Positions 43,619 to 50,543 of a DNA stretch of 50,543 bases are shown in pieces; positions within the stretch are counted from its first letter, which is position 1, and the number at the start of each line of letters is the position of its first letter. Both the position numbers and the translations under genes were made by a program. The notes under the pieces are model-generated. The model had not been told where the DNA came from. It did no database searches and saw only the letters and a program-made list of their open reading frames with translations. The stretch comes from Chthonomonadales bacterium (GTDB taxonomy: Bacteria; Armatimonadota; Chthonomonadetes; Chthonomonadales; CAJBBX01): contig JBBIQU010000006.1 in the NCBI GenBank assembly GCA_037442185.1, positions 1 to 50,543 on the forward strand. Reading direction: 5' to 3'.

Positions 43619-46168
43619 ATGCCCTGCAGGATGCACGTCGTCTCTCATACCCACTGGGACCGTGAGTGATACCAGCCGTTCGAGGTGTTTCGTCTCCGGT
43701 TGGTCGAGCTGATGGACCACTTGCTCGACATCCTGGAGACCGATCCGCAGTTCCGTCACTTCAGCCTGGACGCTCAGACCATCGTGCTTGAGGACTACCT
43801 CAAGATACGGCCTGAGGCCCGGGAGCGCATCGAGGCACACGTCCGAAGCGGCCGGCTTGGTATCGGTCCGTGGTACCAACTCAATGACGAGTTCCTGGTT
43901 AGCGGTGAAGCTACCATCCGCAGCCTGTTGATCGGGACGCGCATTGCGCGGTCCTTTGGTGAGTGCCTGAAGGTGGGCTACTTGCCCGACCAGTTCGGCA
44001 ACATCTCCCAGATGCCTCAGATACTGCGCGGTTTCGGGATTGACAATGCCATCATGGGCCGAGGGCGACAGCTGCACGAACCCGGCGACCGGATGGAGTT
44101 CTGGTGGGTAGGGCCGGACGGATCACGTGTTCTGTCCTCGTTGATGGCGTACTGGTACAACAACGCCCAGTACATGCCAGAGGATCCAATGGCCGCGCTA
44201 GAGTTCGTTCGAGGTCTCAGGGACACAATGGCCGCCCGATCGGCAGCCTCCGACCTGTTGTTCATGAACGGCGTGGATCATCTCGAGGCGCAGCCGAAGA
44301 TCGGTCAGACAGTCGCGGCAGTTGCCGAGCGGTTGGCTCAATCGGATACTGAAGACACGATTGTCCACAGCACCCTCTCGGAATACGTTGACGCGCTTCG
44401 TGCAACATTCGCATCCGATGATAGCCGCCTGCAAACGGTGAGAGGCGAGCTGCGCCAGGATCGTGGCGGAGCATGCCTGGCCGGCACGCTGTCGTCACGA
44501 AGCTACCTGAAGAAGGCCAACTTCGCCGCGCAGACCGCGCTTGAGGCCTACTCGGAACGGCTCTGCGGTTTCGCCTTTCTGCTGGGGAAGGGCTACCCGG
44601 CCGACGAGCTCCGGTACGCATGGAAACTGTTGATGGAGAACCATCCGCACGACTCCATCTGCGGGTGCAGCATTGACCAGGTTCACGACGAGATGATGCC
44701 TCGATTCGACCGGGTTCGGCAAGTCGCCGGTTTCGTTCAGGAAAACGCCCTGGATGCGTTGATCGGACGCAATCGAACCGAGGGCGCCATTCCATTACCG
44801 TGCGACCTGCACGTCATCAACACCCTGAACTGGGTGCGGACCGACCCTGTCCGGGTGACCCTTGAGGTCCCGCTGGGGCCTCCGTCAAGAGGCAATGCTC
44901 AGAAAGACACCCATGCGATTGTGCGCGGGCTGAGGATTCTTGGTCCCGACGGCGCGCCGGTCGAGTACGGCATTGTCCAAGATGAGATCACTCTCGCAAC
45001 TGTGCTGAACCCGCATGAGCTCCCGCTCGATCAGTGGGTGCAACGGATTGCGATCGAGTTCGTCGCCAAGGATGTTCCTGGCTGCGGAACAGCGCTCTAT
45101 CGGGTGGAACCGGCCAATCATTGGCCCACCGGGCTACATGAAGCCGAACACAACTGGCGCGGGCCAATCCTCGAGGACGTGGGCGACGTTGGTGATGAGT
45201 ACCTGTATCGGCCGCCAGTGGCGGACCTCCGGATCCAGTGCTGTCTCGAATGCTGCGACGATTGGGGAGTGACCGGCACTCCCGTGCGGCGAACCACCGT
45301 TACCAATCAGTCCATCTCGGTTCCGGCTGCCACAGAAAGGGCCGCTCGATCCGAGCGACTGGTGCCAATGGAAGTCGAACTTGAAGTGACGAGTTGGAAG
45401 GGCGTCCCACGCACAGAGTACTGCCTGACGATCGAGAACGAAGCCACCGACCATCGGGTGCGCGCGCTGTTCGACGCCGGAGGGGCAGTCTCGGCTGCGT
45501 CGCCCTTCGATGTGGTGACGCGAGCGCCTGATCGAAACGAGGCCGAGGCCGGCGCAGCGACGTATCATCCCATGACCCTATGGGTGAGCGCTTCGGGCTC
45601 CGGCGATGAGCCGGGCATGACGGCCGTCGCGCCTGGACTCTACGAGTATGAGCGGTACACCGACAGCGATGGACGGACGCAGCAGATTGGCATCACGCTC
45701 CTCCGATGCGTCCGCCAACTGAGCGGCCGCGGCGACGGACCCGGGATACCTACGCCGGGCGCGCAGTGCCAGGGAAAGCATAGGTTCGATCTTGCGGTCG
45801 TCGAACACAAAGGCGATTGGCAGGTCGCCAAAGCATGGAAGCAGGCCCACCAGTTCGCGACGCCGCTCGTGGCCGTGCAGTCGCCGCGTAACGACTACGG
45901 ACCGGCGACCAGAACGTTCTTGACCATCGAACCGGACGCACTTGTGCTGAGCGCCGTAAAGCGCGCGGAGGATCGGGACACGCTTATCGTAAGGTGCTAC
46001 AACATCACGGATGACCCCATAGTCAATGGGCGGATCTCAGTCCATCATGCCTCAAGTTGGCGTCGCACGAACCTCAATGAGGAACCCGTTGGTGAGTGGA
46101 GCGATGGGGCCGACGCAACGCTGGAGGTAGGTCCGAAACAGATCGTCACCATTGAGTTCCGAGTATGA
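43619..46168 (+). pseudogene. GH38 alpha-mannosidase interrupted by a single in-frame TGA (43667-43669); longest uninterrupted ORF is 43685-46168
   Basis: ATG 43619 ... MPCRMHVVSHTHWDRE-TGA-YQPFEVFRLRLVELMDHL... all in one frame. HVVSHTHWDREW is the conserved GH38 N-terminal metal-binding motif, and the TGA sits exactly at its Trp. The following 827 codons are intact. It could alternatively be a read-through gene or a sequence error. Confidence 0.8.
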
Positions 46169-47400
46169 GCGTCTCCATCACCGAGGTGAGGACGATCGTC
46201 ACCTGTCCGGGCCGCAACTACGTGTTCGTCAAGGTGATGACGAGCGAACCTGGCCTGTACGGGGTCGGTGACGCAACGCTGAATGGGCGCGAACTGGCCG
46301 TGGCCTCAGCCCTGCGAGATCACATCGCTCCGCTGCTCGTCGGTCGCGACCCGGACAGAATAGAGGACACATGGCAGCTCTTGTTCCGCGGTACGTATTG
46401 GCGCGGTGGTCCGGTGCTCCAGACCGCACTGGCCGGCATTGATCTCGCGCTCTGGGACATCAAGGGCAAGCGCGCCGGAATGCCTGTCTACTCCCTGTTG
46501 GGCGGCAAGACTCGAGAATGCGCGCTCGCATACACACATGGCGGCGGGCGTGACTTCGATGAGGTCGAGGACCAGGTGCGTTCGGCTATGGGGCGTGGTT
46601 TCCGAGTCGTCCGAGCGCAAGTCGCTGTCCCGGGAGCACGCGGAACCTACGGCACAGGCGGCGCGACAGAGGCAGCTCTCGCAATATGGCCGTCGCCGGA
46701 CGGTGAAGCCATGCCGTTCATCGAGTCAGGCTGGGACAGCGCCCGGTATCTCCGCACGATCCCGCGCCTCTTCGAGCACTTGCGCAACAAGCTCGGCGAT
46801 GACATCGAGCTGCTCCATGACGTTCATGAGCGCCTGAACCCCATCGAGGCCTGCCGACTTGCATCCGATCTGGAGCCGTACAGGCTCTTCTTTCTGGAAG
46901 ACCCCTTGCGACCCGAGCACGCCGACAGCTTCAGAGTTCTGCGACGCTCCTCCTCAACACCGATCGCGATGGGCGAGCTCTTCACGAGCAAGTACGAGAG
47001 CCTGCCGCTGATCAAGGATCAGCTCATTGACTTCATCAGATGCGACATCGGGCACATCGGAGGCATCACGGAAGCGAGGAAGATCGCTTCCATCAGTGAA
47101 CCATTCCAGATCCGAACGGCATGGCACGGTCCGGGCGACATCGGTCCTCCGACGCACGCAGCGAACGTTCATCTGGACTGCGCCATCCCCAACTTTGGCG
47201 TACAGGAGATGACGTTTTTCCCCGACATCGTCCATGAAGTGTGCTCGGGATCGCCGGAGTACCGTGATGGCGCTCTGTGGCCATCCGATAGGCCCGGGCT
47301 TGGCGTGGAAATCAACGAAGAGGCTGCCGCACGTTTTCCGTACAAACGCGGCTACTTGCCGATTGTGCGGCGATCTGACGGAAGCCTTCATGACTGGTAG
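46165..47400 (+). CDS. manD: enolase-superfamily dehydratase, D-mannonate dehydratase (ManD) subgroup
   Basis: ITEVRTIVTCPGRNYVFVKVMTSEPGLYGVGDATLNGRELAVASALRDHIAPLLVGRDPDRIEDTWQ matches the typical ManD/RspA N-terminus. The ATGA start overlaps the GH38 stop. Confidence 0.88.
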   Translation: MSVSITEVRTIVTCPGRNYVFVKVMTSEPGLYGVGDATLNGRELAVASALRDHIAPLLVGRDPDRIEDTWQLLFRGTYWRGGPVLQTALAGIDLALWDIKGKRAGMPVYSLLGGKTRECALAYTHGGGRDFDEVEDQVRSAMGRGFRVVRAQVAVPGARGTYGTGGATEAALAIWPSPDGEAMPFIESGWDSARYLRTIPRLFEHLRNKLGDDIELLHDVHERLNPIEACRLASDLEPYRLFFLEDPLRPEHADSFRVLRRSSSTPIAMGELFTSKYESLPLIKDQLIDFIRCDIGHIGGITEARKIASISEPFQIRTAWHGPGDIGPPTHAANVHLDCAIPNFGVQEMTFFPDIVHEVCSGSPEYRDGALWPSDRPGLGVEINEEAAARFPYKRGYLPIVRRSDGSLHDW

Positions 47401-47413
47401 GAGGTACTGATCC

Positions 47414-48241
47414 ATGCGCGTCATGTTGTTCTGTGATATGGAAGGCATCTGCGGCATTCACTCGTGGGAGCAGACCGGCGGTTCGTCGCCCCTCTATCAG
47501 GAAGGGCGCGAGCTTTACACGGAAGAGGTCAACGCGGCCGTCAGGGGCTGCCTTGCAGGTGGCGCAACCAAAGTGGTTGCCCAGGATGGGCATGGGGGCG
47601 CCTTTCCGGGCGGTCGGGCTTTCATGAACTGGATACCGTCCCTGCTTCAGAGCGGAGCAGAGTATGTGCGCGGCTATCGCTGGTCATCGTATGTTGAGCC
47701 TCTTCAGCAAGGCGAATGTGACGTAATCGGCTTCGTTGGGGCGCACTCGCGCGCCGGCTACGAAGACGGCGTCCTCAGCCACACCGTTAATGCAGACGGC
47801 TGGTACTCGGTGTCGCTCAACGGTCGCGAGATCGGCGAATCTGCCATTATCGCCGCGATTGCCGGCAGCTTCGGCGTGCCGGTCGGGTGCATCGCCGGCG
47901 ATGATGCTGCGTGCGATGACGTCAGCGCATTTCTCGGGACCGACATCCCATCGGCACACGTGAAGCGTGGCCTCGGTCGGTACGCAGTTCGGATGATGGC
48001 TCCGCTGGATGCAAGATCGCTCGTGGAGCGCACATTCGCGGAAGCCGTTCGGTCTCCCGATCGGTGGGCCAAACCATACTCAATCGGCGATGGGGCAGTC
48101 GTCCGGGTCGAACTGGCATCGCCCGATCGAGCCAGGACCATTGCCGAATACGACGGGGTGCGGCGTCTGGGGCCACGTACGGTTGAGACCGAAGGGACGA
48201 CGTTCCACGAGGCGTGGAGCCAACTATGGCGGCCCTGGTAG
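47414..48241 (+). CDS. M55 family metallopeptidase (DppA-type D-aminopeptidase)
   Basis: MRVMLFCDMEGICGI N-terminal signature, with GGAGG upstream. Confidence 0.88.
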   Translation: MRVMLFCDMEGICGIHSWEQTGGSSPLYQEGRELYTEEVNAAVRGCLAGGATKVVAQDGHGGAFPGGRAFMNWIPSLLQSGAEYVRGYRWSSYVEPLQQGECDVIGFVGAHSRAGYEDGVLSHTVNADGWYSVSLNGREIGESAIIAAIAGSFGVPVGCIAGDDAACDDVSAFLGTDIPSAHVKRGLGRYAVRMMAPLDARSLVERTFAEAVRSPDRWAKPYSIGDGAVVRVELASPDRARTIAEYDGVRRLGPRTVETEGTTFHEAWSQLWRPW

Positions 48242-49758
48242 CAGGATTGGCCATGTTCGTGGCCGGTACGCAAGTCACTGCAACTGTCGGCGGCGCCGTC
48301 GGGCCACGTCAGTCTGCACCACGGAGGGATGCGTACCGAGCCGCCGTCCGGTCGTGTCTGGACAACTTGCTGCGCTTCGGCACGGACCGCTATGGCTCGG
48401 TGCAGACGCCGATGCTCATGAGCGTTATTGACACGCGAACCAACGTGGCGCCGCACGAGCCGGAAATGCTGGAGGCCATGGTCCGCACCGAAGAACGGCC
48501 CGGCCGCAGGAATCCGGGCGGATGCGATCTGTGGGATGATCAGCCCCTGCTTCGCACCATGTATGCGATGTCACGGATCACTCGCGACCGACGCTATGAG
48601 CGCGCAGCAGATGCTTACGCCACGGCGTTCATGGAGCGGGCCCAGCACCGCAACGGGCTTTTCGGCTGGGGATCGCACCTGTATTACGACGCGTATGCCG
48701 ATGCCATCGCCGATGATCATGCGGGCCGTGTTCACGAGATACTCATTCTGCATCCTCTCTGGGACCGGCTATGGAAGCTCAACAAGGAAGCCGTCACACG
48801 CGAGATAGAAGGCATCTGGGATTGGCACGTTGTTGACAAGGCAACCGGTCAGCACAATCGGCACGACGACCGCCAAGTCGGCTGCGATTTCGCATTCTCC
48901 GGCGGCTCGTTCGTGCATGCGTTCGCGTTCATGTACCGGGCAACGAAGGACGCCGTGTGGCGCGATCGGGCGCGGCTTGTGGCCGACTGGCATTGGCGTC
49001 ATCGCGATCCGACAACGTGCCTGACGGTGGATGCTCCCTCGACCAAACCGCGTTACGACGCCACGCATTGTTTCACCACTATACCGGGACCCCATGGGGC
49101 GGCATTGCTCAGGGCTTCGGAGGTTTCCGGGGACCGCCCGCTTCGGGAGATAGCGCTGTCATACATCCGCGGGTTCCTGAAGCACGGATGGGATGCGCAA
49201 GCGCGAACCTTTTTCGCCGCGCTCAAGCCGGACGGCACGCCGATCCACGAGCTGCCGCAGGGTAGCGGATATGACCGTTGGATGCCGTCAGGCCATGTGG
49301 ATATCTGGCCGACCACGATGTACTCCTACGAGTTCCCGCTCATTGCGGCGCAGACATGCACCTACGCGTACGAGCTGACCGGTGATGCGGTCTTCCTTGA
49401 AGGCGCGAGGAAGTGGGCCGAGGCGATCCGCAAGGACATGCCGCCGCGGATCGGTAGGCGCTGGCGACGCGAGGCCATGGCCTTGCTTCCGTCGGACACG
49501 TTGGAAGGGGGCTATGCCGACGGTTACGGACGCGCCATATCGTTCTTCGTCCATCTCCATCGGGCAACCCGCGATCGGGCAGACCTCGACATGGCGGTGC
49601 AACTGGCCGATGAGGCGATGGCCAGACTCTATCGGAACGGGTGGTTCGTTGGGCACCCGGCAAAGCCGTACTACGAGGCTACGGACGGAGTGGGGACGCT
49701 CATGTACGCGCTGCTCGAGCTGTCGGAGTTGCCGCGCGGCATGCCTCAGAACCTATGA
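48214..49758 (+). CDS. hypothetical protein, possibly secreted; repetitive W/Y/H-rich helical pattern suggests an alpha/alpha-toroid carbohydrate-active fold (unproven)
   Basis: 514-aa ORF with a signal-like N-terminus MAALVAGLAMFVAGTQVTA (alternative ATG at 48226). No motif that I can name. It overlaps both neighbours. Confidence 0.55.
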   Translation: MEPTMAALVAGLAMFVAGTQVTATVGGAVGPRQSAPRRDAYRAAVRSCLDNLLRFGTDRYGSVQTPMLMSVIDTRTNVAPHEPEMLEAMVRTEERPGRRNPGGCDLWDDQPLLRTMYAMSRITRDRRYERAADAYATAFMERAQHRNGLFGWGSHLYYDAYADAIADDHAGRVHEILILHPLWDRLWKLNKEAVTREIEGIWDWHVVDKATGQHNRHDDRQVGCDFAFSGGSFVHAFAFMYRATKDAVWRDRARLVADWHWRHRDPTTCLTVDAPSTKPRYDATHCFTTIPGPHGAALLRASEVSGDRPLREIALSYIRGFLKHGWDAQARTFFAALKPDGTPIHELPQGSGYDRWMPSGHVDIWPTTMYSYEFPLIAAQTCTYAYELTGDAVFLEGARKWAEAIRKDMPPRIGRRWRREAMALLPSDTLEGGYADGYGRAISFFVHLHRATRDRADLDMAVQLADEAMARLYRNGWFVGHPAKPYYEATDGVGTLMYALLELSELPRGMPQNL

Positions 49759-50534
49759 CCGCTCTCGAAAGGACCTTCTGTCATTGCGCCGGGATCGGAC
49801 CGTCCACGGAGGCCCGTCTGTGGCGATCCGGGATTGCCGGTTGGTCGGATGTGCTGCGGCATGGGGCGGGCAGCATTCTGTCGCCATGCCTTGCGGATCG
49901 CCTTTTCGACATAGTCGCGGAGTCTCAGGTTCGCGCCACGCGCCATGATGCCCGGTGGTTCGCCAAGGCGCTCCCGCGTTCCGAGCATTGGCGCGCTGCC
50001 GGTACGTTCGGCGAGAGGATTGCATTCCTTGACATCGAAACAACGGGATCGTTCGGAGAGGACCTCACAACTGTCATTGGCATTCATGACGGCCACAAGC
50101 TGCATCAGTTCGTGCGAAATGAGAAGTTGCGCGATTGGCTCGACCTGATTGCCGACCGAACGCTCTTGGTTACCTTCTCAGGATCCAGTTTCGACCTGCC
50201 GTTCCTGCGTCGAGAGTTCGGGATTCCCCTCGATGTCCTGCACATTGACCTCTGCCCGCTTCTGCGAAAGCTGGGGTACAAGGGCGGTCTCAAGGCCGTG
50301 GAACAACAGCTGGGTATTGCGAGGCCGGACGAAACGGCGGGACTCTCGGGCTTCGATGCGGTCCGCCTCTGGTTTGACTGGGAGCAGAACGACAACGCCG
50401 CATCGTTGAGTACGCTGTTGGCATACAACGCGGAGGACGTGCAGAACATGCGGCGCTTGCTCGCGTTCGCATTGGAGCGGATGCACGAACGTCTCTGGGG
50501 AGGCTCCGGAACGGCAGTCGAACCCTCAGGTTAG
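49755..50534 (+). CDS. RNase H-like / DEDD-type exonuclease domain protein (YprB/COG3359-like)
   Basis: IAFLDIETTG (ExoI-like acidic motif), LVTFSGSSFDLPFL and YNAEDV. The ATG at 49755 overlaps the upstream stop (ATGA). The ORF-track extension to 49641 overlaps the previous gene. Confidence 0.72.
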   Translation: MTALERTFCHCAGIGPSTEARLWRSGIAGWSDVLRHGAGSILSPCLADRLFDIVAESQVRATRHDARWFAKALPRSEHWRAAGTFGERIAFLDIETTGSFGEDLTTVIGIHDGHKLHQFVRNEKLRDWLDLIADRTLLVTFSGSSFDLPFLRREFGIPLDVLHIDLCPLLRKLGYKGGLKAVEQQLGIARPDETAGLSGFDAVRLWFDWEQNDNAASLSTLLAYNAEDVQNMRRLLAFALERMHERLWGGSGTAVEPSG

Positions 50535-50543
50535 CCTGCCGCG

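Noticed and set aside
43667-43669. Genome-wide reassignment of TGA (to Trp or Sec) as the explanation for the GH38 in-frame TGA
   Set aside because: Many well-defined genes in this window terminate at TGA, including ATGA-coupled junctions (A2M, M24 peptidase, cmk, hsp20, GH38 itself). No SECIS-like context or Sec machinery is visible, and the position is a conserved Trp, not Cys/Sec.
1-50543. CRISPR arrays, IS elements, integrases, prophage genes, toxin-antitoxin pairs, retron or DGR reverse transcriptases
   Set aside because: I saw no repeat-spacer periodicity, no terminal inverted repeats flanking a transposase-like ORF, and no RT, integrase or Cas motif in any frame. The window looks like core chromosome.

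Overview
This is a GC-rich, very gene-dense bacterial chromosomal segment with about 48 protein-coding genes and one tRNA-like gene. I could not recognise any rRNA, CRISPR array, transposase, integrase or phage gene. Most of the content is housekeeping and sits in long operons whose genes are often translationally coupled through ATGA, GTGA or TTGA stop/start overlaps.

Left to right, the window contains:
(1) A minus-strand operon: polytopic membrane protein, then thioester alpha-2-macroglobulin, then a VanW-domain protein. The VanW gene runs off the left edge and is missing from the supplied ORF track.
(2) R3H/AAA ATPase, tmk, darA, a small hypothetical gene and dacB.
(3) Minus-strand rpsB-tsf-pyrH-frr-uppS-nadA.
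(4) An orphan TPR-AAA ATPase.
(5) A tRNA-like gene behind a near-consensus promoter, followed directly by a complete trp operon: trpE-trpG-[M24 peptidase]-trpD-trpC-trpF-[DUF3592 membrane protein]-trpB-trpA. This runs on into recO, an MBL hydrolase, mpg, a DUF92 protein, a methyltransferase, cmk and plsC.
(6) Minus-strand polyprenyl diphosphate synthase, a 673-aa membrane protein, ribokinase and a stand-alone SelB C-terminal-domain protein.
(7) queF-queD-pntAA-pntAB-pntB.
(8) Minus-strand hsp20-lon.
(9) A GH38 alpha-mannosidase with an in-frame TGA, ManD-type dehydratase, M55 peptidase, a hypothetical protein and an RNase H-like exonuclease.

I did not find a self-evident novel stand-alone system such as a defence island, array or mobile element. 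The items most worth a second look are:
- The Leu(UAA)-type tRNA gene that lacks the class II long variable arm and sits 37 nt upstream of trpE.
- The TGA that replaces the conserved Trp of the GH38 HTHWDREW motif in an otherwise intact gene.
- Two non-trp genes translationally coupled inside the trp operon.
- The membrane protein/A2M/VanW operon.
- The polyprenyl synthase/large membrane protein/ribokinase/SelB-wing cluster.

All functional calls come from motif recognition by eye. No database search was run.
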